DNA of 64,000 nucleotides from Anaeramoeba ignava BMAN (lineage: Eukaryota > Protista > Anaeramoebae), in the NCBI GenBank assembly GCA_028826165.1, contig JAPDFW010000011.1, positions 434,001-498,000 of the forward strand, in the 5' to 3' direction. Position numbers and translations under genes: made by a program. This document shows positions 1-14,300 of this stretch, in pieces. The notes beneath the pieces are model-generated. The model was not told where the DNA came from. It made no database searches and saw only the letters and a list, made by a program, of their open reading frames with translations. Each line of letters opens with the position of its first letter. Positions within the stretch are counted from its first letter, which is position 1.

Positions 1-3000
1 TAGTTTTTTCTTTTCACTAACAATCCTTTTTCTAACTTGTTGATTTGATTTGAAATTTGCAACTGTATTTGCCTTTCTTAATACTTTCTTTTGACTTTGG
101 ACTTTTCGAATATCTTTAATTGATTTTGTTGGAGATTTTGAAACATTAAGAATGTGTTTATTTGTTTTCGCTTGAGAAACATCTGAATTTTGATCATAAA
201 TTGATGGATCAAGATTGATTATTGATAGCAAAAAATTTTTTGAAGAAGAAATTTGCATGTTAACTTGTTTCATCAATTCATCCTCATTTTTTTCCTTTAA
301 AACACGCAATAAATGATGAGAATATTTTTTGATTTCGATTCTTTGATGAGAAAAATAGGGGAATAATTTATTGAACATTTCCTTTGTATTTGCTTCTTCA
401 GATAAAAAATTATCAGTATCTTCAGTAAAAATAATAACCATTAATTTAAAAAGATGTTTTTTCAAATTGTCTCTAATTGAATCCAAAATTTCCATTAAAC
501 AAGGAACTAAAACAGCGCTTCCAAAACAAGAACGAATCAAATCAACAATTTCTTGGGAAATGTTTTTGATTTTTTTGTTTGAATCATTAAGCAAAGGAAT
601 AATATTAATAAAAGTAGCGTTTAAATATTGTTCAAAATTTGTAGTATAATTATCAATTAATTCCTTTAGAACTTTCAAAGCAATAAATTTAAGTTTTAAA
701 TGTTGGTCGTTCAAAAAACGAATCACTGAAGTGAATGCCTTTTTGAAGAGTTTTTTATCCATCAATTCGTAGCGACTTTCTTGCGTGGAAATGTCAAAAA
801 GCTTCTCCAAACCTGAATAATTTGTTGATAAATTGAGCGAAGAAAGAGCAAGAATTGCATTTGTAAATTCGTTGTTGTCTTGATTTCTTGGATGGAGATT
901 CAGCGAGGATATTTCAGATTGTAATGTTGATTGAGGAACTAAAACTGTAATTTTTTGTCGAACTTTTTTGCTTGATTCATATTTCGAAGTTGATTGTGTT
1001 CTTGTGCTTTTGCGAATAGGAACTTTTGAAGGTGATGAAAAATCAATTTCATCAAGTTCATCATGTTTTTTTAAAAGATCAACAGTCTTGACTTTTGGAG
1101 CGCGAAGTTTCTGCTGGGTGATTCCAGTCTTTTTTAATTTTAAATTTTGATTTGATTTTAAATTTTGATTTGATTTTTGATTTGATTTTTGATTTGATTT
1201 TTGATTTGATTTTTGATTTGATTTTTGATTTGATTTTGATTTTTGATTTGTTATTGATAAAGGTGATATTTTTTTGGATGAATAACGAGCTTGTATTTTT
1301 GGTTTTGGAGGGGAAAACTCATCTTCAATCATTAGAAAGTTTTTGTTGTCGAGATTGTTTGCGGGATGTTTGTACGAAATGATACTCATTTGTGTTTTTT
1401 TGTCTTCTTTTAAATAAATAAATTTTGCTCTTTCAGGAAAACGTTTGAAATATTCCCAATAAGACTCCTTTCCTTCTGAACGAGTTATTTCCTTAGCATC
1501 ATGCAGTGAAATCAATATATTTTTCTCGATAATATCGATATTTGAAGAAAGTTCTTTTTTGCGGATAAATTTGATGCATAATTTATTATAAAGTGAAAGA
1601 AACGCTCTTTGTTGACCACTTTTACTTGATGATAATGCTTGATTCAAAAAGGAAAATATTTTCGTTGTTGGTGAATGAACAAGTAATTGGACAATAGACT
1701 GATGAGCGCTATCCGCTATTCTTTGGATTGAAGATATTGTTCTTTTGAGCAAAGTGTTGAATATCCATTCAAAAATTGCTGAAAATCCAGCCTCAATTTT
1801 TCGTGATATATTCACTATTAAATAACATGTATGTTTAAATAATGCTGATCTTTCGCTTTCAATTAAATCACAAAATGTTGTTTTCATAATGTTCAATGAT
1901 TCCATAAATGTTTGTAAATATAAAGTTGTTGCATTTCCATTTGTTATTCCTTGAAGTTTGAAAATGGAATTTTTTTGTGTTTCCCAGTCTTTTGATTGAA
2001 GGTCTTCGATAATTTCATTTAAAGATTGTTTGAGTTGATTTTCTTCATTGAACTTTATTTTATAAAAATTAAATATAAAATTATTTATTAAATTATTTAT
2101 AAAATTATTTATAAAATTATTTATAAAATTATTTATAAAATTAAATATAAAATTATTTATAAAATTATTTATAAAATTATTTATAAAATTATTTATAAAA
2201 TTATTTATAAAATTATTTATAAAATTAAATATAAAATTATTTATAAAATTATTTATAAAATTATTTATAAAATTATTTATAAAATTATTTATAAAATTAT
2301 TTATAAAATTATTTATAAAATTATTTTAAAAAAATTATTAATAAAATTAAATATAAAATTTATTTATAAAATTATTTATAAAATTATTTATAAAATTATT
2401 TATAAAAAATTATTTATTAAAATTAATTATAAAATTATTTATAAAATTATTTATAAAATTATTTATAAAAATTAAATATAAAATTATTTATAAAATTATT
2501 TATTAAATTAAATATAAAATTATTTATAAAATTAAATATAAAATTATTTATAAAATTATTTATAAAATTAATTATAAAATTTAAATATAAAATTATTTAT
2601 AAAATTAATTATAAAATTATTTATTAAAATTATTATTAAAATTAAATATTTATTTATAAAAATTAAATATATTAAATTATTATAAAATTATTTATAAAAT
2701 TATTTATTAAATTAATTATTAAATTATTTATAAAATTATTAATAAAAATTATTTATAAAATTAAATATAAAATATTTTATAAAATTATATATAAAATTAT
2801 ATATAAAATTAAATATAAAATTAAATATAAAATTAATTATAAATAAAATTAATTATAAAATTAAATATAAAATTATTTATAAAAAAAAATTAAAATATAA
2901 AATTAATTATAAAATTAATAAAATTATTTATAAAATTAATTATAAAAAATTTAAAATTATTTTTATAAAATTAAATATAAAATTATTTTATAAAATTATT

Positions 3001-3420
3001 TATAAAATTATTTATAAAATTAATAAAATTATTTATAAAATTATTTATATATTTTAAAATTAAATATAAAAATTTATAAAATTTATAAAATTATTTATTA
3101 AAATTAAATATAAAAATTTTAAAATTAAATAAAAATTATTTTTATTAAATTATTTATAAAATTATTTATAAAATTATTTATAAAATTAAATATAAAATTA
3201 TTTATTAAATTATTTATAAAATTATTTATAAAATTATTTATAAAATTATTTATTAAATTATTTATTAAATTATTTATAAAATTATTTATAAAATTATTTA
3301 TAAAATTATTTATAAATACATTAATTGGTTCATAAGAATTTCCTACTTCATTCCAATCAACTGTATTATTTATCTTTGATGTTGTTTGTTTTGTTTTTTT
3401 TTTAATGATTTTAGTTTGTT
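1..3420 (-). CDS. CLASP/TOG (HEAT)-like microtubule-associated protein, partial (runs off the window start; first exon uncertain)
   Basis: Manual minus-strand translation. Exon 3420-3320 splices (GT at 3319, AG at 2054-2053) to an exon from 2052 that appears open to position 1: EPINFNEENQLKQSLNEIIEDLQSKDWETQKNSIFKLQGI...LIESERSALFKHTCYLI...SSIQRIADSAHQSI, which resembles CLASP_N (DW..R...L; D.RS.L.K.AC). It is probably absent from the ORF track because no stop falls inside the window. Confidence 0.65.
2060..3315. repeat. Intronic tandem repeat, about 12-bp unit ATAAAATTATTT
   Basis: Directly visible. It fills the CLASP-like intron; the same unit recurs at 3830-4725 and 8040-8600. Confidence 0.9.
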
Positions 3421-3780
3421 CTAAAAATAGAAAAATATTTTGTTTTTGTTTTTAATTAAAAATAAAAAGAAAAAGATTTTTGTGTTATTTTTTAAAAAGT
3501 TTTTAAATTAGAAAAATGAAAAATGAAAAATAAAAATAAAAATTTTTCTTTTTTTTGAATTAAAAATTTTTGGTTTCATTTTTATTTTTATTTTTCATTT
3601 TTAGAAAAAACAAAAAAGCAAAAATTTTGTTGATTATTTTAAATTAGAAAAATGAAAAATGAAAAAAAAAATAAAATAAGCAAAAATTTTTCTTTTGTTT
3701 TTAATAAAAAAAATTTCAACCTTTTTCATTTTTCATTTTTCATTTTTCATTTTTAAAAAAAACAAAAATTATATATAAAA

Positions 3781-6700
3781 ATGTTATCATTAATTATAAA
3801 ATTTCAGATAAAGTTAAAATAAAAATCTCATAAAAATTAAATATAAAAAATAAAATTATTTATAAAATTAATCTTAAAATATAAAATTAAACCATAAAAT
3901 TAATTTTAAAATTATTTATAAAAAATTTTAAAATTAAATATAAAATTAAATATAAAATTAAATTAGTAAAATTAAAAACAAATATAAAAATTTTATAAAA
4001 ATAAAAATAAATATTTTATTTATAAAATTAAATATAAAATTAAATATAAAATATTTTATAAAATTATTTATAAAAAATTATTTATAAAATTATTTATAAA
4101 ATTAAATATAAAATTATTTATAAAATTATTTTTATTAAAAATAATTATAAAATCAAATAAAACAAAATTTATAAATTATTTATAAAAAATATAAAATATA
4201 TAAAATTATTTATAAAATTTAAATATAAAATTAAATATAAAATTAAATATAAAATTAAATATAAAATTATATAAAAAAATTATTAAATATAAAATTATTT
4301 ATAAAATTATTTATAAAAAAATTATTTATAAAATTAATTATAAAATTATTTATAAAATTAAAAATATAAAATTATTTATAAAAATTATTTATTAAATATA
4401 AAATTATTTATAAAATTATTTATTAAATTATTTATAAAATTATTTATTAAATTATTTATAAAATTATTTATAAAATTATTTATTAAAATTAATTATAAAA
4501 ATTTATAAAATTAATTTATAAAATTATTAATTTATAAAATTATTTATAAAATTATTTATAAAATTATTTATAAAATTAATTATAAAATTATTTATAAAAT
4601 TAATTATAAAATTAATTATAAAATTAAATATAAAATTATTTATAATATTATTTATTAAATTATTTATAAAATTATATATAAAATTATTAATAAAATTATT
4701 TATAAAATTAATTATAAAATTAAAAATATTTGATTTAGATTTTTCATATGAAAGCACTTTATGAAGCTTGTGAAGATAAAAATAAAGCTGATTTATCAAT
4801 TGGAGAATATAAAGATGGAGAAGGAAAATCAATGGTTTTAAATGTTGTAAGAGAAGTTGAAACTGATATTTCTGAAAGAGATGATTTAACCAAAGATTAT
4901 TTACCAATTGCTGGTGATAGAGAATTTTGTCATTATGCTGAAAAATTAGTTTTTGGATCAAAATGTAAAGCACTTAATGAAAATCGAATTTGCAGTGTTC
5001 AATCTATTGGAGGAACTGGTGGTGTTCGTTTAGCTGCTGAATTAATTAAGAAATGTGCTCCAAAAAAAATTATTTATATTCCAGATCCAACTTGGGGTAA
5101 TTTATTAATATTATTTTAATTCTTTTTATTCTTTTTATTCTTTTTATTTATTTATTTTTATTTAATTAGTTAATCATAAATCAATATTTACTCGATGTTC
5201 TCTTGAAATTCGTGAATATGGATATTTTAAAAATGGATTTGATTTTTTACATTTAATTAAAGATTTAAAAGTAAAAACTAAATTAAAATCAAATTAAATT
5301 AAATTAAATTAAATTAAATCAAATTAAAATTAAATTAAATCAAATTAAATCGAATTAAATTAAATTAAATTAAATTAAATTAAATATTAAATCAAATTAA
5401 ATTCAATTAAATCAAAAACTAAATTAAATCAAATCAAATCAAATCAAATCAAAATTAAATTAAATCAAATTAAATTAAATTAAATCAAATTAAATTAAAT
5501 CAAATTAAATTAAATCAAATTAAATTAAATTCAAATTAAATTCAAATTAAATATTAAATCAAATTAAATTAAATCAAATTAAATTAAATTAAACCAAATC
5601 AAATTTAAATTAAATTAAATTAAATCGAATTAAATCAAATTAAACTAAATCAAATTAAATCAAATTCAATCAAATCAAATTAAATAAAATCAAATTAAAT
5701 CAAATCAAATTAAATCAAATTAAATTAAATCAAATTAAATTAAAATCAAATTCAAGGCAGCAGAAGAAGGATCATTTATTCTATTACATGCATGTGCACA
5801 TAATCCAACAGGAACTGATCCAATGCCTGATGAATGGAAACAAATTTTTGATATACTTCAAGAAAAAAATATAACACCAGTTTTTGATAGTGCATATCTT
5901 GGATTTGCAACAGGAAATTATCAAAAAGATGCACTTGCAATTAGAGAAGCAGTTTCAAGAGGAATACCATGTCTTGTTGCTCAATCATTTTCAAAAAATC
6001 TTGGATTATATTCTGATAGAGTTGGATGTCTTAGTGTTGTTTGTGATTCTGAAAAAGAAGCAGAAAATGTTTTTTCACAATTAAAAGCTATTATTCGACC
6101 AATGTATTCAAATCCACCAACTCATGGATCTTTAATTGCTGGAACAATTTTTGCTAATCCATTTCTTATTAGAAAATGGTATTAATTTTAATTTTTATCC
6201 GATTTTAATTTTAATTTTAATTTTAATTTTAATTTTAATTTTAATTTTAATTTTAATTTTAATTTTAATTTTAATTTTAATTTTAATTTTAATTTTAATT
6301 TTAATTTTAATTTTAATTTTAATTTTTAATTTTAATTTTAATTTTAAATTTAATTTTAATTTTAATTTTAATTTTAATTTAATTTTAATTTAATTTTAAT
6401 TTTAATTTTAATTTTTAATTTTAATTTTAATTTTAATTTTAATTTTAATTTTAATTTTAATTTTAATTTTAATTTTAATTTAAATTTTAATTTTAATTTT
6501 AATTTTAATTTTTAATTTTAATTTTAATTTTAATTTTTAATTTTAATTTTAATTTTTAATTTTAATTTTTAATTTTAATTTTAATTTTAATTTTAATTTT
6601 AATTTTAATTTTTCTAAAAGAATTTAATTTTAAATTTAAATTTTTAATTTTAATTTTTAATTTTAATTTTAATTTTAATTTTAATTTTAATTTTAATTTT

Positions 6701-7119
6701 AATTTTAATTTTAATTTTAATTTTAATTTTAATTTTAATTTTAATTTTAATTTTAATTTTAATTTTAATTTTAATTTTGATTTTGATTTTAAATTTAATT
6801 TTAATTTTTAATTTAAAAAGGAAATCTGAAATGAAAGGAATGTCTAAAAGAATAAAGGATATGAGACAATTATTATATCGAGAATTACATCGTAAAAAAA
6901 CAAAAAGATCATGGGATCAAGTAATTCAACAAATTGGAATGTTTTCATATTTAGATCTTGAAAAAGAACATATTGAAAAATTAAGAAATGAATATCATAT
7001 TTTTATGAGTCCTTCTGGAAGAGCTTCAATTTCTGGAGTTAATTACGGTAATATTAATTATATTGTTAAATCAATTCATACAGTCCTTCGAAGATGAACA
7101 TTTTATTGCTAATCGATAA
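3781..7119 (+). CDS. Aspartate aminotransferase, tandem copy 1 (first exon garbled, 3' frameshift: pseudogene or assembly error)
   Basis: Exons about 4739-5096, 5170-5270, 5757-6178 and 6821-7097. Motifs VQSIGGTGG, PTW, HACAHNPTGTDP, FDSAYLGFATG, SFSKNLGLYSDRVG (PLP lysine), IRPMYSNPP and SGRASISG. ATGTTATCATTAATT at 3781 matches the copy 2 start but then decays into repeat. Confidence 0.8.
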
Positions 7120-7497
7120 TTCTTTTTTGGAATTTGATTTTGATTTCTTTTTGGATTTTGAATTGAATTTTTTTTTTGATTTTCAATTCATTTTTTGATT
7201 CATTTTTTGGAAAATCCAAAAATTTTGGAATCAAATTTTTTTTTTGTTCTCTTTTTTTTTTTCCATTTTTTCTTTTTTGATTTTGAATTTGATTTTGAAT
7301 TTGATTCAATTTTGATTTTCAAATTTGATTGATTTTTGATTTTTGATTTTAAAAGAAAAAAAGAAAAAAAAGAAAGGAATTGAATTAAAAAAAAAGAGAA
7401 AATGAAAAACAAAACAAAAAACAAAAAACAAAAACAAATTTTTTTAATTAAAAAATTTTCTTTTTCATTCTTCTTTTTCATTTTTTTTTTTCCGGAA

Positions 7498-10400
7498 ATG
7501 TTATCATTAATTACAAAATCAGATATAGTGAATAAGCAAATAATGAATACATTAATAAATACAATTAAACAAGATCTTAGATCCAAAACTGAACAAATAA
7601 AAAGTAATTTTCAACCTTTTGCAAAAATTCAACCACTTCCTCCAGATAAAGTAAATTAATAAAAACAAACAAATCAAAATTACAAAACAAAAAATGAACA
7701 AAAAAATAAAAGAGTGAATTAAAAAAGAAAAAAGATATAATTGCCCCCGCAATAAAAAAATGGAAAATAATAAAAAAAAATTTTTTTTTCAAATTAAATT
7801 AAATTGAATTAAAATTTAAATTGAATTAAAATTTAAATTGAATTGAATTTAAATTGAATTGGGTTAGTTAATTAGTTTTATTTCTCTTCTTCTTTATTAA
7901 ACGAAAAAAATGTCAATTCAAATTTTTGTTGTTTTGTTGCTGTTTGTTTTTGAATTAAAAATCTAATTCAAAAATATAAAGCAAAAGTGAATCAATTTTT
8001 GGATTATTTTTTTTGTTCATCTTCTTTCAATTAAATTATTTATAAAATCAAATATAAAATTAATTATAAAATTAAATATAAAATTAATTATAAAATTAAT
8101 TATAAAATTATTTATAAAATTAAATATAAAATTATTTATAAAATTATTTATAAAATTATTTATAAAATCAAATATAAAATTAATTATAAAATTAATTATA
8201 AAATTAATTATAAAATTATTTATAAAATTATTTATAAAATTATTTATAAAATTATTTATAAAATTATTTATAAAATTATTTATAAAATTATTTATAAAAT
8301 TATTTATAAAATTATTTATAAAATTATTTATAAAATTATTTATAAAATTATTTATAAAATTATTTATAAAATTATTTCTAAAATTAAATATAAAATTATT
8401 TATAAAATTATTTATAAAATTATTTATAAAATTATTTATAAAATTATTTATAAAATTATTTATAAAATTATTTATAAAATTATTTATAAAATTATTTATA
8501 AAATTATTTATAAAATTATTTATAAAATTATTTATTAAATTATTTATAAAATTATATAAAATTATTTATAAAATTATTTATAAAATTAATTATAAAATTA
8601 AAAATATTTGATTTAGATTTTTCATATGAAAGCACTTTATGAAGCTTGTGAAGATAAAAATAAAGCTGATTTATCAATTGGAGAATATAAAGATGGAGAA
8701 GGAAAATCAATGGTTTTAAAAGTTGTAAGAGAAGTTGAAATTGATATTTCTGAAAGAGATGATTTAACCAAGGATTATTTACCAATTGCTGGTGATAGAA
8801 AATTTTGTCATTATGCTGAAAAATTAGTTTTTGGATCAAAATGTAAAGCACTTAATGAAAATCGAATTTGCAGTGTTCAATCTATTGGAGGAACTGGTGG
8901 TGTTCGTTTAGCTGCTGAATTAATTAAGAAATGTGCTCCAAAAAAAATTATTTATATTCCAGATCCAACTTGGAGTAATTTATTAATATTATTTTAATTC
9001 TTTTTATTTATTTATATTTATTTTTTATTTAATTAGTTAATCATAAATCAATATTTACTCGATGTTCTCTTGAAATTCGTGAATATGGATATTTTAAAAA
9101 TGGATTTGATTTTTTACATTTAATTAAAGATTTAAAAGTAAAAACTAAATTCAAATCAAATTAAATCAAATTAAATGAAATCAAATCAAATTAAATTAAA
9201 CCAAATTAAATTAAATTAAATCAAATTAAATTAAATCAAATTCAATCAAAATTAAATTAAATTAAATCAAAATTAAATTAAATCAAAAAATTTAAACTTT
9301 TTCAAAAATCAAAATTAAATTCAAAAAAATTAAACCTTTTGCAAAATTTTAAACCTTTTTAAATTAAAAAATTAAATTAAATTAAATCAAATCAAATAAC
9401 AGGTTGAATTTTTGAAAATCAAATTAAATCAAATTAAATCAAAATTAAATTAAATTAAATTAATTCAAATCAAAAAATTAAATTAAATTCTAAATTATTG
9501 AATTAAATCAAATTAAAAATGAAGGCTTTTAAATTTAAATTAAATTAAATCAGAAAATTAAATCAAATTAAATCAAATTAAATCAAATTAAATCAAATTA
9601 AATCAAATTAAATGTTAAATTAAATTAAATTAAATCAAATTAAATTCAAATTAAATTAAATTAAATCAAATCAAATTAAATGAAAATTAAATCAAAAACT
9701 AAATCAAATCAAAATTAAATCAAAATTAAATCAAATTAAATCAAATTAAATCAAATTTAAATTAAATTTTTGAAATTGTAAAAGGTTTAAATATTTTTGC
9801 AAAATTAAATTTAAATTAAATTGAAAAAATTAAATTAAATTAAATTAAATTAAATTAAATTAAATTAAATTAAAACTAAATTAAATTAAATTAAATCAAA
9901 TTAAATTAAATTAAATTAAATTAAATTAAATTAAATTAAATCAAATTAAATTAAATTAAATTAAATTAAATTAAATCAAATTAAATTAAATTAAATTAAA
10001 TTAAATTAAATATTAAATCAAATTAAATCAAATCAAATTAAATTAAATCAAATAAAATCAAATCAAATTAAATCAAAAACTAAATTAAATCAAATCAAAT
10101 CAAATCAAAATTAAATTAAATTAAATTAAAATCAAATTCAAGGCAGCAGAAGAAGGATCATTTATTCTATTACATGCATGTGCACATAATCCAACAGGAA
10201 CTGATCCAATGCCTGATGAATGGAAACAAATTTTTGATATACTTAAAGAAAAAAACATAACACCAGTTTTTGATAGTGCATATCTTGGATTTGCAACAGG
10301 AAATTATCAAAAAGATGCACTTGCAATTAGAGAAGCAGTTTCAAGAGGAATACCATGTCTTGTTGCTCAATCATTTTCAAAAAATCTTGGATTATATTCT

Positions 10401-11112
10401 GATAGAGTTGGATGTCTTAGTGTTGTTTGTGATTCTGAAAAAGAAGCAGAAAATGTTTTTTCACAATTAAAAGCTATTATTCGACCAATGTATTCAAATC
10501 CACCAACTCATGGATCTTTAATTGCTGGAACAATTTTTTCCAATACATTTCTTATTAGAAAATGGTATTAAATTTAATTTTTATCCGATTTTTAATTTTA
10601 ATTTTAATTTTTATCCGATTTTGATTTTAATTTTAATTTTAATTTTAATTTTAATTTTAATTTTAATTTTATTTTTAATTTTAATTTTAATTTTAATTTT
10701 AATTTTAATTATTAATTTTAATATTGATTTTAATTTAAATTTAATTTTGATTTTAATTTTGATTTTAATTTTAATTTTAATTTTAATTTTAATTTTAATT
10801 TTAAATTTAAAAAGGAAATCTGAAATGAAAGAAATGTCTAAAAGAATAAAGGATATGAGACAATTATTATATCGAGAATTACATCGTAAAAAAACAAAAA
10901 GATCATGGGATCAAGTAATTCAACAAATTGGAATGTTTTCATATTTAGATCTTGAAAAAGAACATATTGAAAAATTAAGAAATGAATATCATATTTTTAT
11001 GAGTCCTTCTGGAAGAGCTTCAATTTCTGGAGTTAATTACGGTAATATTAATTATATTGTTAAATCAATTCATCAAGTCCTTGAAAATGAACATTTTATT
11101 GCTAATCGATAA
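7498..11112 (+). CDS. Aspartate aminotransferase, tandem copy 2 (intact; N-terminal ML- extension may be an organellar presequence)
   Basis: Exon 1 (7498-7650, MLSLITKS...IQPLPPDK) splices in frame to 8617 (IFHMKALY). All class I aminotransferase motifs seen in copy 1 are present, and it ends ENEHFIANR*. Confidence 0.92.
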
Positions 11113-11353
11113 TTCTTTTTTGAACTGAATTGAATTGAATTCTTTATCTTTTTGATTTTCAAATTGAATTTGAATTTGAATTTGAATTTGAATTTGAATT
11201 TGATTTCATTATTTTTTGATTTCAAATTCAATTCATTATCTTTTTTGATTTTTTGGATTTTTGGATTAAAAAAAAAAGAGAGAAAAAAATTTTTTTTTCA
11301 TTTTTTTCATTTTCATTTTTTTTTTCAATTTTTTTTAAATGTTTTAATAGATA

Positions 11354-14300
11354 ATGTTACAACCTTTTTCTAACATAATTAAATCACAAAAATTTTTACA
11401 AAATATATCTTTATCAATTTTTATAAAACCAAAAAAACATTTTTCAATTAAAATTGAAAAAAAAAATGAAAAAGAAAATCCAAAAAAATTGAAAGAATTT
11501 GATTTAGTTGTAATTGGAGGAGGATCTGGAGGATTAGCAGCATCACAAGAGGCAGCTAAATTTGGAGCCAAAGTAGCATTACTTGATTTTGTTGAGACTA
11601 CACCACATGGATCAAATTGGGGAATTGGAGGAACTTGTGTAAATGTTGGATGCATTCCAAAAAAATTATTTCATTTTTCATCCCAAATTAAAGAACTTAT
11701 GGATTTTTCTGAAAGTTATGGCTGGAATTTTGATAAATCAAGTTTAAAAATGGATTGGAAAACTTTGGTTGGAAATGTTCAAGATCATATTCATTCTTTA
11801 AATTGGGGTTATAAAACAAAATTAAGAGATAAGAATATAAGTTATTTTAATGCTTTAGGAAAATTTAAAACAAATCATATTATTGAATTAAATAAAAGAA
11901 ATTATGAAAAAGAAGAAATTTATGGAGATAAAATTATAATTGCTACTGGTGGTAAATGAATATTTAATTTAATATTTAATTTAATATTTATATTAATATT
12001 TAATTTAATATTTATTTTAATATTTAATTTAATATTTATTCTAATATTTAATTTAATATTTATTATAATATTTATTCTAATATTTAATATAATATTTATT
12101 TTAATATTTATTATAATATTTATTCTAATATTTATTCTAATATTTAAATTAATATTTATTCTAATATTTATTCTAATATTTTTAATTTAATATTTAATAT
12201 AATTTATTTAATATTTGAAAAATTTAATATAATATTTAATTTTAATAATATTATATAATATTTATTTCAATATTTATTCTAATATTTATTTTAATTTTTA
12301 AAGTCATTTATTATAATTTTATTTTATTGGTTTAATATTTATTTTAATATTTATTTTAAATTTGATTTTAATAAATTATAATATTTATTTCAAAAATTTG
12401 GAGAAATATTTAATCAATAATATTTATAAAATATTTATTTTAATAAAAATATTGAAAATTTAAAAAGAATTTTATTTAATATTTTATTTTAATATTTAAT
12501 TAAAACATTTAAAAATTGGAAATTTTTTTAAATTTAATTTATTTATTTTAATATTTATTTTAATATTTATTTTTAGAATATTTATTTTATTTAGAGAAAT
12601 TTATTTTAATATTTATTTTAATATTTAATAAAAAGGGAAAATCATTTATTTGAAATTTGAATTTAATTTTAATATTTCAAAAACATTTTGCTATTTAATA
12701 TTTAATAGAATACAGATTTAATTTAATTAATTTAATTTTATTTAATAATTTAATATTTAATATAATATTTATTTTAATATTTATTTTAAAATTTAAAATG
12801 GATTATAATATTTATTTATTCCAACAACGGTTTAATATTTATTTTAATATTGAATTTGGATTTAATTTAATATTTTTTTGAATTTAATTTAATCAAAATT
12901 TTAAACAAGAAAATATTTATTTTAATATTTATTTTAATATTTAATATAATATTTATTTTTAATATTTATTTTAATATTTAATTTAAGTAATTTAATATTT
13001 AATATAATATTTATTTTAATATTTATTTTAATATTTAAAATATTTAAAATAATATTTATTTCAATATTTATTTTAATATTTAATATAATATTTATTTTAT
13101 TATTTATTATTTATTTAATTTTTTATTTTAATTTAAATTGGATTTAATAAAAATAAATTTATTTAATTGTTGGTATTTTCATTTTTAATATTTAATATAA
13201 TATTTTTGTTTTTTAATATTTTTTAAATATTTACAAAAATATTTTCTTATAAATTTATTTTTAAAATATTTATTTTTAATATTTTATTTTTAATATTTAA
13301 TTTTAATATTTATTATAATATTTATTTTAATATTTAATTTAATATTTATTATAATTTTTTATTTATATTATTTTAATATTAATAAATTTAAATTTAATAT
13401 TTAATTTTTAATTTTAAATCAATTTTTTATTTTTATTTTATTTTAATATTTAATTTTTAATTTAATATTTATTTTAATATTTATTTTAAAATATTTTAAA
13501 TCATTTTTAAATCAATTTTTAAATATTTATTTTAAATAATATTTTTTAAATCAATTTTAAAATCAATTTTAAATCAATTTTTAATATTTAATTTAATATT
13601 TTATTTTAAATTTTAATTTAATATTTATTTAAAATTTTATTTTAATATTTCATTTTAATATTCAATTTTAAAATTAATTTTAATATTTTTAATTTTATTT
13701 TAATATTTATTTTATTATTTTTTATATAATATTTTTTTAATATTTAATTTTAATATTTATTTTAATATTTTATTTTTTATTTATTTTAATATTTATTTTT
13801 AAATATTTATATCAATTTTTAATATTTAAATTTTTATTTTTATTTATATTTTATTTTAATATTTAATTTAATATTTAATATAATATTTAATATAATATTT
13901 AATATAATATTTATTTTAATATTTAATATAATATTTAATATAATATTTATTTTAATATTTAATTTAATATTTATTATAATATTTATTTTAATATTTATTT
14001 AAATATTTAATTTAATATTTAATTTAATATTTATTATAATATTTATTTTAATATTTATTTAAATATTTAATTTAATATTTAATTTAATATTTATAGGAAA
14101 ACCAAGATACCCTTCAATTTCAGGTTCTAAATTTTGTATTACAAGTGATGATTTATTCTCTTTGAAAAAACCACCAGGAAAAACATTAATAATTGGTGCT
14201 TCATATATTGCACTTGAAACTGCTGGATTTTTAAAGTCATTTGGATATGATACAACTGTTATGGTTCGTTCACAAATACTTCGCAAATTTGATCAACAAA

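Noticed and set aside
6136-6800. ORFs of poly-IL, NF, KL or KI (also 4527-4973, 19763-19997, 37485-37925, 56761-57370)
   Set aside because: These are translations of intronic hexamer repeats or of the antisense strand of repeats, not genes.
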